DNA of 20,000 nucleotides from Welwitschia mirabilis. Lineage: Eukaryota. The stretch covers positions 18,578,450-18,598,449 of the forward strand of contig JBOZIK010000001.1 of the NCBI GenBank assembly GCA_051453625.1, given 5' to 3'. The first letter of the stretch is position 1, and every line of letters starts with the position of its first letter. The position numbers and the translations under genes are program-made. Of the stretch, positions 1 through 10,694 are shown one piece after another. The notes under the pieces are model-generated. The model saw only the letters and a program-made list of their open reading frames with translations. It made no database searches and had not been told where the DNA came from.

Positions 1-1018
1 GTAACGAGGATGGTCACATGGAAGATACATGACATGGCACGTGTTGGTAGTATTATCAATAATCAAAAGACATGTCATCATCATTTTTTCATAAGAAGAT
101 AAATAATCCTTCTTTATGCCTAAATTCCAAAAATTATAACTTCCTCCTTAAGTAACTGTCCTAATGTAATTCCCTTATGTAACTGCCCACTGACTACTCA
201 TCTAACACAATCATGATAAGATTTCCAAGCCTTCCTCATTTATAAAAGGGCCTTCAGCCCCCATTTTAATGGATCTTTTGGTTGACTAACATAGTGGAAA
301 GCCTTAAAGTGCTAGGATGTCATGATGTTCTAATCATCTTTTTTGGGGATGGATTATTCCAAGGTTAGTTAAGGAGTCCTTCATCTTCATCTCTCTCTCC
401 ATTGTTGTAATGTTAAGGATTGAGTTTTCATTCTTTCATTATTAATGATCATTCACTTGATATTAGCAATCTTTAATAGATTTAGTTCTTAAATTACTTT
501 TAGTCTTTCATTGTTAATGCACATTCAATTGGGACTAGCGATCTTTAGATGAAGCTATTCTATTATCAAGTTCTTTTGTACCAAGTAAGTTGTTTGAGGT
601 TACTTCTAAAATATCATAGTTATTATTGTTTGAGGGATCTTTTACACCTTTGTTCATAGTTTCCATACTTATGAAGGACTAGTTGTACTGGATAACTCAT
701 TGACACTCATGTGGTGGATGAGATTATGCCTTCACACTAAGCCTTAATGATTTGATAATTTTAGTTGTATTTCAGGATACAAGAATCATTGAAAGGAGGT
801 GGAGCATTAGGTAAATCAATTAGACATTTGGAGTACTTTGTTCCCTTATGACGTTAGCCACAGATCAAATTAAATCTCAACATCTAGTTTTTTGTTTTGT
901 TGTGATTTTTATTGTAAGTTAGAATAGTTGTGTTTCTCTCATAAAGTTACCACATATATCATTGTGTAAAAATAATACTAGGTTCTACCTAGTTAAATCT
1001 AGTTCACTACTATAAACA
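1..1018 (+). repeat. Probable LTR (partial, solo or 3' LTR) of an unidentified retrotransposon
   Basis: Non-coding segment with TATAAAAGGG at 241-250, a CT-rich tract at ~380-400, T-rich U5-like sequence and a candidate ...AAACA end at 1018. No partner LTR, PBS or PPT lies in the window, so the call rests on layout only. Confidence 0.35.
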
Positions 1019-1161
1019 AATAATAATCATGAAATGAAGTACATGATGTGTCTGCATTAAATAACATTTACATCAACCATCCCACATTTGGGACAATGTG
1101 GAGATTAGATACTAGGGATAAAAGTATCATGTTTGATTTAGATGAAGTGGTTCATTTTATA

Positions 1162-1733
1162 NNNNNNNNNNNNNNNNNNNNNNNNNNNNNNNNNNNNNNN
1201 NNNNNNNNNNNNNNNNNNNNNNNNNNNNNNNNNNNNNNNNNNNNNNNNNNNNNNNNNNNNNNNNNNNNNNNNNNNNNNNNNNNNNNNNNNNNNNNNNNNN
1301 NNNNNNNNNNNNNNNNNNNNNNNNNNNNNNNNNNNNNNNNNNNNNNNNNNNNNNNNNNNNNNNNNNNNNNNNNNNNNNNNNNNNNNNNNNNNNNNNNNNN
1401 NNNNNNNNNNNNNNNNNNNNNNNNNNNNNNNNNNNNNNNNNNNNNNNNNNNNNNNNNNNNNNNNNNNNNNNNNNNNNNNNNNNNNNNNNNNNNNNNNNNN
1501 NNNNNNNNNNNNNNNNNNNNNNNNNNNNNNNNNNNNNNNNNNNNNNNNNNNNNNNNNNNNNNNNNNNNNNNNNNNNNNNNNNNNNNNNNNNNNNNNNNNN
1601 NNNNNNNNNNNNNNNNNNNNNNNNNNNNNNNNNNNNNNNNNNNNNNNNNNNNNNNNNNNNNNNNNNNNNNNNNNNNNNNNNNNNNNNNNNNNNNNNNNNN
1701 NNNNNNNNNNNNNNNNNNNNNNNNNNNNNNNNN
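1162..1733. other. Assembly gap (572 N)
   Basis: Run of N. It may hide the end of the copia RNase H, the PPT and the 3' LTR. Confidence 0.99.
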
Positions 1734-2110
1734 TAGATTCTTTGTCAACATATGAGCATGATTGCTCCCTCCTTCACCTTTTCTTTTGTGAAGTAATACT
1801 TGGTTTTAATATGTTTACTTTTATTGTAAAGAGTGTGCTCTTAAGAGAGTATTATGATTGGCATATTATCGGCAAACATGTCAACTGGTGTTTTTACGTT
1901 TATTTACTATTATTTGAATAATTTTAAATCCATAAAATATGTTGGAGAGGGTAATCCATAAAGATGTCTTCAGCTTCAGTAGAGGAAAGAAACACACATA
2001 TTTGTTTTATTGACTTCCAATAGATTAGATTCCTTTCATGAAATATAATGAAGCTAGAAGTAAATTTTCTATCTTCAGTGGATCCAATCCAATTAGCATC
2101 ATAAGAACAA
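1734..2110 (-). pseudogene. copia RNase H relic
   Basis: YDANWIGSTEDRKFTS and WKSIKQICVFLSSTEAE (ORF 1924-2220). After a frameshift it continues as PVDMFADN...KSKHIKTKYYFTKEKVKEG up to the gap. Confidence 0.92.
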
Positions 2111-2199
2111 TGAATATCTCCATCTCCTTTTTTAAATTTTAGTCCAAGTATAAGCGTGCAAAGCACATACCTTATGAGATGTTTCAAAGTAGTAAGATG

Positions 2200-3080
2200 G
2201 CTTTGTCCTGGTTCAACCATATATCTAGATATAAATCATATTGCAAATTCAATATCAGGTCTTATACGATACAAAAATTTCAAAGAGTCTATTATGGACC
2301 TATAAAGAGAAGCATCCATCCTCCTTGAAGTGTCTTTCCTTTTAATTCTGAGATTTTAAGGTAGTGGTGTGGTGGTTGGTTTGCTTTAAGTAGCCTATAT
2401 TTTTTCTTTATGGCTTGTGCAAATTTTAATTAAAGTACAATCATGAATTATTTATCTTGATCAACTTGAATGCCCAAAAAATATTTAAGAATGTTAAAAT
2501 CTTTCATTTTAAATTCATTTTTCATCTTTCAATCATTTTCTTAAGTGATATCATAATGAAATGATCATTTGAGTGTTTAAAATATAAAGTTGGCTCTAAA
2601 ATACATGTTTTGTAGCTTTTTCTAGTTAAGTAATCATTGATTCTTCTAAATTAGGTTCCTAAAGCTTGCTTTAGACCATAGAGAGCTTTCTCAGATTTCC
2701 AAACTTTGTTTTCTTGACCTTAGAAAACATTTAGACTAGAAAATATTTACTCCTCCTTTTAAGTTTCTATTTAAAAATGCATTATTTACATCTATTTGAT
2801 GTAAAAATATCTTTCATGAATAGCTAAAGAAATCATGAGTTTTATAGTTTCAAACTTAGCAACTACTGTAAAAATCTCTTCATAGTTAATGTGCTTATTT
2901 TGCTTGTATCCTATAGCAATCACCCTTGCTTTGTAACCTATGATAATGTATTTTTTATTAATTTTTTTTGAAAGTCCATTTGGGGTTACTGATTTTCATT
3001 TCTTGGCCTATTCACAAGTTTTCATACGTTATTTTTATGTATTGCATTCATGTCCTTCTCCATTGCTTCTCTCCAAATCA
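2200..3080 (-). pseudogene. copia reverse transcriptase (RVT_2-type) relic
   Basis: WREAM (~3061-3075), YKARVIAIGYKQ (~2900-2935), HQIDVNNAFLN (~2770-2802), ALYGLKQA (~2665-2688) and RPDIEFAI (~2239-2262). Confidence 0.9.
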
Positions 3081-3289
3081 GAGATTAAAGTTCTTCATCA
3101 ACTGATCTTGGTTCAGTAATCAAGGTTGAATATGCTACATGAGATGTTTCCATGCTCCCTAAAAATTTGTATCTAAAATTTTAAAAACTGGATTTTCTTT
3201 GGTAATTCTTAATGGCATAGATGACTAAGAAGTGATGAATGGATCACACAAATTATCGTTTTCATAAGACAAGTGTGCTAAACCAAATT

Positions 3290-4150
3290 TTGATTCATCA
3301 AACTATACATATCTAGATATGAAATATTTTCCAGTAATGGGTTCAAAAGATCTAAACCCATAAGATATTTCGTCATAACCAACAAAAATGCACTTCCTAC
3401 TTCTAGCATCTAGTTTAGATGTCAATTGATTGGGCATGTGTACCCAACAAATACAACCAAAAATTTTCAAATGAAACAAATTTGGGACTTTCTTGAAAAT
3501 TAATGCATATGGAGTCTTATTTTGGTTTGATGAAGTGATCACCGAGTTGAGAGAATATGTATCTATAGTGATAGCCTTACTCCAATAAGAATTGGACAAT
3601 GTACTTTGTGTTAATAAGTAATGTATCATCTCTTGTATTACACCATTCTTTCTTTTAGTTGTTCCATTGCTATGTGAAGAATAACCACATGTTGTTTGTT
3701 TGATAATGCCCCAATCATTTTAAAATTGACTAAACTCAATAGTAACATATTTACTCCTCTATTACTTTTAATGGTTTTTATCTTGTATTCCAATTGATTT
3801 TTAGCATATGCTTCAAAACATTTAAAAGTGGACAATGCTTCATCTTTGGGATGGAGGAGATANNNNNNNNNNNNNNNNNNNNNNNNNTATATAATCACCA
3901 TCAAATACTTTGAGCCCTTTATTATGCAAGTGTCCATTAATCCAAGCAAGTCCATGTGTATTAACTCAAGTGGCTTAGCTTTTCTCTTCATGGAAGCACT
4001 ATGTGGATTAGCCTTTTTCTTGGCCTTGATGAATGTTTCACAAATTCTAGTAGGTACTTCATGACATTCAATGGTTAACACACTTTGATCTTTTTGACAT
4101 GTTTATAATCTTTGTGTATGAAGAATGCTCTCATCTCATGTGCCAAAGAA
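3290..4150 (-). pseudogene. copia GAG-pre-integrase, integrase core and SH3-like domain relic
   Basis: LWHMR*EH (~4125-4148). ORF 3638-4081 contains PLELIHMDLLG, SKYLMVII and KIKTIKSNRG. ORF 3303-3629 contains TPY, LKIFGCICWVH and KLDARSRKCIFVGY. Confidence 0.92.
3863..3887. other. Assembly gap (25 N)
   Basis: Run of N inside the integrase relic. Confidence 0.99.
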
Positions 4151-4319
4151 TCAAAGGATTCTTAATTACAATAGACATCAACATAAGTTCTAACTTTTTG
4201 CTTGACGTGTCATCTCCCATGGAAAACAATGGATAAATTTGATTTGACATTCTTTGAAGTGTAGTTAGAAACTTATGTAATCCTTTATGATAAAATTGTT
4301 CCTATCAAACATAACTTTG

Positions 4320-4665
4320 TTTCCTTTTTGAATCATCTATCCAATTGAAAGGAATGAGTTAGAAAGATTGCACACATAAAATACATCATGAACATTGATC
4401 CATGTTTCCATCTTAAAGATTAATTTTGACATCTCTAGTGCCTTCTACTTTAACAAAAGAATCATAATCAACTTTGATGGATCCTAAATCATCATGCTTA
4501 TAATAACAAATAAATTAACATTGATCCATTTTTCCATCTTGGAGATTGATTTTGACATCTCTAATGCCTTCTACTTTGGTGGATCCTAAATCATCATGCT
4601 AATAATTAATAAATTTTTTTTTTGTCATGTGATTTGAGCATCCATTATCCATAATCCATGTGGAA
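4320..4665 (-). pseudogene. copia aspartic protease relic (internally duplicated)
   Basis: STWIMDNGCSNHMT at ~4624-4665 matches the consensus WILDSGASxHMT. Confidence 0.85.
4391..4615. repeat. Diverged tandem duplication (~126 bp unit) inside copia protease
   Basis: 4391-4516 and 4517-~4615 both read AACATTGATCCAT...TTTTGACATCTCTA..GCCTTCTACTTT...GGATCCTAAATCATCATGCT. The second copy lacks 24 bp. Confidence 0.92.
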
Positions 4666-4895
4666 GAATCAATATTTTTTGTAGAAACTAAGGCTAAATA
4701 ATTTATTTCCCCACCTTCCCTTCACACACCCCATCCCTCACCCCCCCTGACCTTTCCTTTCCTTCTTCACCCATACCCAACCTTTAACTTGCTTGTCTTT
4801 GTCAATTATTGCCTATGAAATAGATTGTCTATGTTCTTCCAAGTCTTGGATGATGTTTAATCATCTGAGATAGTGTAAAAATCAAACTTCTACTA

Positions 4896-5830
4896 ACATG
4901 TATCTTTAGTATGACCTTTGTTTTGGCAATTTGTACACTAAAATTCATTTTTCTTTGTGCCTTCTTTGGAGTGTTACTTTGGTAACTATTTTGGGAGTAA
5001 TTTCCTTTTCCTCTTTTACCATCAAATCTTCATCTCTTTGAAAGGATCATCTTTCTCTCTGAAAACCTCTAAATTTTTGCTACCTTTCTTGATTATGAAA
5101 ATAATTTAATGTTTGATTATTTCCTCCTTGGTTTTGATACCTTTATCTTTCGCTTCCTTTAGCAAATCTGCCACCTCTTCCTCCTCCTTTTTGTGAGTTT
5201 GAAAATTAGGCTTAATCATGTGGAGATTCTTTATTTTACAAATATTTTAATTTTTAATATGAGCAATTAATGCATCAACTATTAAGGTATTAAGATATTT
5301 TATCTGAAGTAAAGTAACCATCACACTTTTATACTTAGCATCCTTGTAGAATACTTAAATAATTATATCTATCGTTTGCCTTTTAGTGAATCCACAATTA
5401 TACTCATTACTATTCTTGACCACATGATACATTTTTGAAAGAAGGATTCAGTTGACTCACATTTTATGATGTAAAGAATCTTAAACTCTAACTGGTACTT
5501 TAACTATGTGATTTACATGTTATCTTGGTTTCTCCTTCATTCATTTTTAAGTTGGTCCAAATAATCCTTTGCATTTCCTTATCTTATGATTTTAGCTCTA
5601 ATGGCTTCACTGACCAATGTGTATATGATCATCTTGGCTAATGTATCTTGCCTCTTCTCTAAGCTACATTTTCTTTTCTCTTCTTTATTCAACACATTAA
5701 GATTTGGAGCATTTAAAAAAACCATGTTAAAAAGCATCGTAACATTCATTTAATTCAAGTAATGTCTTCATCAACTAATATCACTATGTGAAATCTTAAC
5801 TTTAATTAAAGATAATTGAGCATTTAGGAA
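4896..5830 (-). pseudogene. gag: copia gag relic with CCHC zinc knuckle
   Basis: CTNCQNKGHTKDTC (CX2CX4HX4C) is encoded at 4896-4937. The N-terminal stretch LMKTLLELNECYDAF (~5740-5780) resembles copia gag starts. The 5' boundary is approximate. Confidence 0.8.
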
Positions 5831-5916
5831 TCTCCCTTGATATGTTAAAATGAAGATACTAACCTTGTAGATTTTCAAACATTCAAGATGATCTTCTTTG
5901 GATATCTATGTCTTAG

Positions 5917-6863
5917 TGATAAGGTAAGAATCTCTGTAAATATTATTTTACTTTTGTTGTTAATAATAAATGAAATGGAAAATATTTAGTCTTATATTTT
6001 ATAACAGGCCTTCATGTTATATCATTATTATCATTATGATATATGACACTAACCTTTAGAAACATAAGGAATGGAGAGAACTACTAAGAAAGGGGAAACA
6101 TTCGCAACAATATTACAGATGACATGAAAAGGTGAGAGTACCAACCAAGACAAGGATATTTGTTAGGAAGACTATGATAGGTAAAACAAGGAAGAGGAGA
6201 TTAATAACTAAGATATTACAATAAATAAAACTTAAGGATCTTTTTGGGAACTCTAAATAAATCTTGAAAACGGTCTAGAAGGAGGAGAAGATCACACAGG
6301 AAGAGCTAAAAAGTGAATTCTAAGTTGTTGTACCTGTTGTTATTCATAAAGAACTATTTTACTTTTATATTTTCATAAGAGTAATGTAAGCTTTGTTATT
6401 CTAAAGAGTATTTTGTGTTACTATTCATGTAATTTAAAAAAGTTGTATGTTGGTTTTTTTTGCTCTTAATATTAATATTAGTTAGAGTTAATATTAAGAT
6501 AGTGCATTAGTTAGAAATATATGATGCACAAACCTAACCGTGGCTTTGTTTCTTCTTTTGTTCAATTTCATTCCTTATCCTTTGTAAGTACTGTTAATAA
6601 TATATAAATTATCAGAACACTATTTTCCACAAATAATCATTCTTAACAAAGCATATGTTTTGATGCAAAAAGAGAATCTTCAATTAAGTTAGAAGCATAA
6701 AATTAAATCTTCATATAAACTTTAATAATGAATATGTCTCTGATGCGGTTATGCAGTTTCCATTTTTCCAACATATTATTATGAAACTTTATCTTTTATT
6801 AGGCCTTTTAGTAAAAATAATTTTCTGTTTTGTAGCACTTTTAGTTTGTTTACAAGCTTTTCA
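5917..6863 (+). repeat. 5' LTR (947 bp)
   Basis: Starts TGATAAG and ends GCTTTTCA, a 7/8 match to the reverse complement of the 3' LTR start TGATAAGC. It is followed by TTT and then the TGG of the PBS. The first ~355 bp align to 17253-17646. Confidence 0.85.
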
Positions 6864-6866
6864 TTT

Positions 6867-6882
6867 TGGCACTAGATGAGAG
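6867..6882 (+). promoter_or_regulatory. Degenerate primer-binding site, best match tRNA-Asn
   Basis: TGGCACTAGATGAGAG compared with TGGCGCTAGAAGGAGG (complement of the plant tRNA-Asn 3' end as I recall it): 9 of the first 10 nt match. It lies 3 nt after the LTR-terminal CA. Confidence 0.65.
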
Positions 6883-7205
6883 ATAAACAAGAACAATGTA
6901 GAGATGACAAATGATGATATGTTCAAAATCTTGAGAAATACAAGTTGGATGAAATAACCAGTGATACCATAAGAACTAACTTTAACTCCTTCAACTTCCT
7001 AGACAATATGGAGACACTTAAAAAGAAGTCAAGAACAATTATAACATAAAATAGGTCTCCTAGTACAAGCCTACATAAGAAGAAGAAAACTTCAAAATAT
7101 AGATGAATTATATTGGGATGAAGAAGAAACAGTTAATTCAACTCCTCTGAGTATAGATTATTATACACCTCATACACTTTAGTGTTATAAATTCCTAATA
7201 AGATC

Positions 7206-7329
7206 AGAAATATACACATTGCAAATGTTTCCACCTTTGAGGATAAAAGGAATGAAGAAATATAGGATGAGATATAAGAAATAAAACAATACTAATCTTT
7301 CGAATTTTAAGGATAAAAAGAATAAAGAA
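7206..7329. repeat. Diverged ~71-bp-period tandem duplication at start of gypsy gag
   Basis: 7206-7259 (AGAAATATACAC...TTTGAGGATAAAAGGAATGAAGAA) aligns with 7277-7329 (AGAAATAAAACA...TTTAAGGATAAAAAGAATAAAGAA). Confidence 0.75.
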
Positions 7330-7720
7330 CCTATGCTTCATCTAAGCCTTTTTTATTCCTTCTGTAAAGTTAACTATTTGGAAACTAACTTAGATTTCTT
7401 GAGGTATTTCCCTTTTCAAATTATAGTTTTAAAACTTGGAATGCCCTTAGAATAGAATTTTTAAGTAAATATCAACCTGTTAGGGTCATTGAAGATTTAA
7501 GGGATCAAATCTGAAATGTTAAATAGAAAGAGAATAAGAAGTTCAATGAGTTCATATATAGATATTACATTATACTAGTAAGATGTTCTAACTATGGAAT
7601 AACTCTAAGAAAAGAAATGAGAGCTTTATTAAAAGGTTTACAGAGTGACTCTTTGAAAAAATTAGATATGCTCCATGGGGATAGTATCAGGAACAAAAAT
7701 ACCCACGAGATTAAGGTAAA
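7290..7720 (+). pseudogene. gag: Athila-like gag relic
   Basis: NFKDKKNKEPMLHLSLFYSFC (cf. F.G...EDP..HL..F...C), FLRYFPF and ENKKFNEFIYRYYIILVRCSNYG (cf. E...E.W.RF..L...CP.HG). Confidence 0.7.
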
Positions 7721-8559
7721 TATAAGTAAACATTATAGGATGAATTAAGGGTGGACTCAAAGTAATAATAAAGAAAAGAAAAAGGTAAATGAAGTTATGA
7801 TAGGAAAAGAAGTAGAAATAAAACATACACATGTGCTAGAAAAACTAATAAGAGAATAAAGGCTTTAACTAAAGAGATTAATCGACTAAAACAAGATGAG
7901 GAAATTGAAACCTATGAACATTTTAATGAGGAGAATAATTAGTCTATAGAGGGTCCATGGATGGTAGGCTTAAAAAAAAATAATAATAATCCTAGTCAAA
8001 CTAAGAAATGAAAAATAAGCAGGAGACTCCTATGCAAAGATTTTGTAGTCTACGAGACAACAACACTATGATTATTTTAGAAATTGAAGAAACTAAAAGG
8101 GAGAATCTAGTAATAACAAAAGCCTAACTAAAGGAAAGAAACTTAAATAACTCCTCATACTAGCACAACCTCAACTAAGCCCAAAGGAGGCTAGTTGCAA
8201 GGTAGTTACAACAAGGTTAGGAAGAAGTCATCTTTCAAATTCGCTTTTTACAAGAAAAATAGAAACCAAGTAGAATGAAAAGCTAATAAATGATATTCCA
8301 ATATGGGAGGAAATGGAGGATTTATAACCATTTCCAATTTGAAGCAAGGTAATAAGAAATATTCCAAATAAAGGGAAAAGGATGTGAAATACCTTAACAA
8401 AGTCTTAGAAGATACCTCAGTCACATTATCCTTAATTAAAATGCTAAAATATATTCCCCATATTGGAAAAAAATGAAGAAACTCTATAACAAAGAAGGAA
8501 GTAAGAAAAAGAAAGAGGAAATTAATACTGAAAAATGAAAAAGAGAATTGACCAAGAGA

Positions 8560-8970
8560 GATCAAGTATCATGGGCTTCTACTTACACCTTATAAGAAAA
8601 TCAAATCAAAAGATATAGTCACAATGAAATATTAGTATTGGATGTAGTGGTAGAAAGTGCTTGTAGAAGAAAGTTTAGTGGATTTAGTAGTTATTAACAA
8701 TGTCATACCTTATGATACGTTTGAATGTCATGGAAGCCCATAGCTAACACCCTATAATGGATAAGTTTACATAATAGATGGATCTACAATAAGATTAGAA
8801 GGCATAATGGAAAATACATCAATAGAACTTTAAGGATTTGGATACTTGGTGGATTTAGTTGTTATCAAAACTGAAGGAAATACATATCCCATTATTTTGG
8901 GGTCACCTAGATGGCAAAAAATAATGCAGCTATTTATTTAAGAAGGGGAGTGATGGAAATTAGTTTGAAA
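8560..8970 (+). pseudogene. gypsy aspartic protease relic
   Basis: LVDLVVINNVIP at 8675-8710 (cf. LCDLGASINLMP), DGSTIRLEGIMEN, VDLVVI and PIILG. Confidence 0.85.
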
Positions 8971-9289
8971 GACCTCACAATATTTTGAAAAATTAAAAAG
9001 AAAATCAAATGAAGTAGAGATTAAACATCCTTCCTCTAATAGAGGAGACAATACTACCATGATTTTACTAAGGGAATCATAGTAGATGTTGGAAAAGAAA
9101 GAAGTGAATAGAAAAAACTATTCATTGACTATTTAATCAGTTGAAAATAGAGAGGAACGTAATGGACCTCATCTTAGACAAGGATTGGAATACATAGAAC
9201 TTCCAAGGAATCAACCATTAATTATTAATAGGAATCTAACTCACTCTCAGAAAAGGAAATTAAAAAAAACATGTTAATAAAAAGAACTA

Positions 9290-10140
9290 AAGCATTTTTG
9301 CGGACTCATGTGAATATTACAGTAACAGATACTATAGTATTCACATACCAGATTTGCTTGGATGCTACTGTAAAGCCTATTAGACAACCATAAAGAAGAT
9401 GTAACCCTTGTATGCAAGAAGTGATTAAATAGAAAATTCTAAGGATACTAAAAGTAAGATTCATGTACTATATTTTTGATTCAAAATATGCAAGTCATGT
9501 TACTATAGCTTCAAAAAAGAATAATAAATGGAGAGCATGCATAAATTTTATATTGTTGAATGTTATCACTTGTAAAGATCACCTTCCTTTAGTATGTGGG
9601 GATCAAGTTCTAAAGAGAATTTCTGTTCATGAATACTATAGTTTCTTGGATGGATACAATGGGCATAATCAAATACCTATATCTCCTGAAGATTAGGGGA
9701 AAAAAATAGCTTTTACTTGTAAATGGAGCGCATATGATTTTAATGTCTTACCTTTTAGACTATGTAATGCACCAATTACATTTTAGAGACTAGTGAATAA
9801 TATCTTCCAAGATATAATCAGAACATTAATTAAAGTTTTCATGAATGATTTCTCAACCTTTGGGAATGATTTTCCTGAAGCTTTAGAAATACTAGAAGAT
9901 GTTCTCACTTGATGTGAAGAGAAGAACTTGAAATTGAGTTGGTATAAAAGCCACCTTATGGTAGTAAAGGATATTATTTTAGGTCATAGGATATCAATTA
10001 GAGGAATTGAAACTAAACAGAAAAAGACTTATCAGTAAGAAAATTCTACTACCTTTTGATTAAAAAAATTTAGATCATTTCTAGGTCATGTAGGTTACTA
10101 CTGTAGGTTCATTACTAACTTTAGCAACATTGCCAAAACA
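9290..10140 (+). pseudogene. gypsy reverse transcriptase relic
   Basis: KPIRQP*RRCNP, KKNNKWRACINF, KDHLPL, YYSFLDGYNGHNQI, LPFRLCNAPITF*R, VFMNDF (9835-9852, a decayed FMDD), ILGH and RSFLGHVGYY. Confidence 0.95.
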
Positions 10141-10219
10141 TTGAGTAACTCTTATAAAAAGATGTAAGTAGGCTCAAGAATTTCAATAGGTTTTTCAAAT
10201 TTTAAAATATAAACCAATA

Positions 10220-10620
10220 GAATTCCCTATTTTACAAAATATAGATTGGAGTAAACATTTTTACATCATGACAAATGCTTTAGAGTTTTCTATTGATGCA
10301 GTATTAGGGGAAAAACATGATAGTAATAAACCTTATGCTATTACTTATGTTATAAAAAACTCAATTCTACATAGCAAAAATAATATAGTCACTAAACATG
10401 AGATGCTAGCCATAATTATAGTTGTAGAGAAATTTAGGCATTTTATCCTTGGGTATGAGGTTAAAATCCATACAGATCATAGTTCTATACAACTTCTAAT
10501 ACATAAAAAAGAAGCCAATTCACAAATTTTAAAATGGATTCTCTTGATGTAGGAATTTGCCCTCAAGTTAATAGATAAACAAGGGATAGAAAATGTGGTG
10601 ATTGATCATTTATCCAGATT
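10220..10620 (+). pseudogene. gypsy RNase H relic
   Basis: ORF 10268-10552 contains MTNALEFSIDAVLG (cf. MCDASDYAVGAVLG), EMLAII, EKFRHFILG, TDHSSI and KWILLM*EF. It is followed by ENVVIDHLSR. Confidence 0.95.
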
Positions 10621-10694
10621 CAAATTACCTATAGAAGATGAACAAATAGACATTTAAAATAGTTTTATGATGAATAATTCACAATTTTGCAATA

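Larger units (their letters stand above)
1734..5830 (-). mobile_element. Degenerate Ty1/copia LTR retrotransposon internal region (gag-PR-INT-RT-RNase H)
   Basis: Minus-strand motifs occur in copia order: zinc knuckle, WIMDNGCSNHMT, LWHMR*EH, PLELIHMDLLG, KLDARSRKCIFVGY, WREAM, ALYGLKQA, DANW and LSSTEAE. There are many stops and frameshifts. Confidence 0.95.

Noticed and set aside
977..1103. Small hairpins ACTAGGT-TCT-ACCTAGT (977-993) and CCACATT-N6-AATGTGG (~1082-1101)
   Set aside because: 7-bp stems are expected by chance in 20 kb, and nothing else supports a function.
1048..1921. ORFs 1048-1755, 1142-1921 and 1152-1751
   Set aside because: They are open only because they cross the 572-N gap. 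The real signal at 1734-1921 is minus-strand copia RNase H.
3828..4064. 78-aa plus-strand ORF
   Set aside because: Antisense shadow of the copia integrase, and it crosses Ns.
6271..6285. CGGTCTAGAAGGAGG as an alternative tRNA-Asn PBS (11-nt match), implying a ~355-bp LTR and coinciding with the end of LTR homology
   Set aside because: It lacks TGG, a preceding CA and a terminal inverted repeat, whereas 6856-6876 has all three. Worth rechecking against a family consensus.
8248..8565. 105-aa hydrophobic minus-strand ORF resembling a membrane protein
   Set aside because: Antisense of A-rich gypsy gag-PR linker sequence, so the Phe/Leu richness is compositional.
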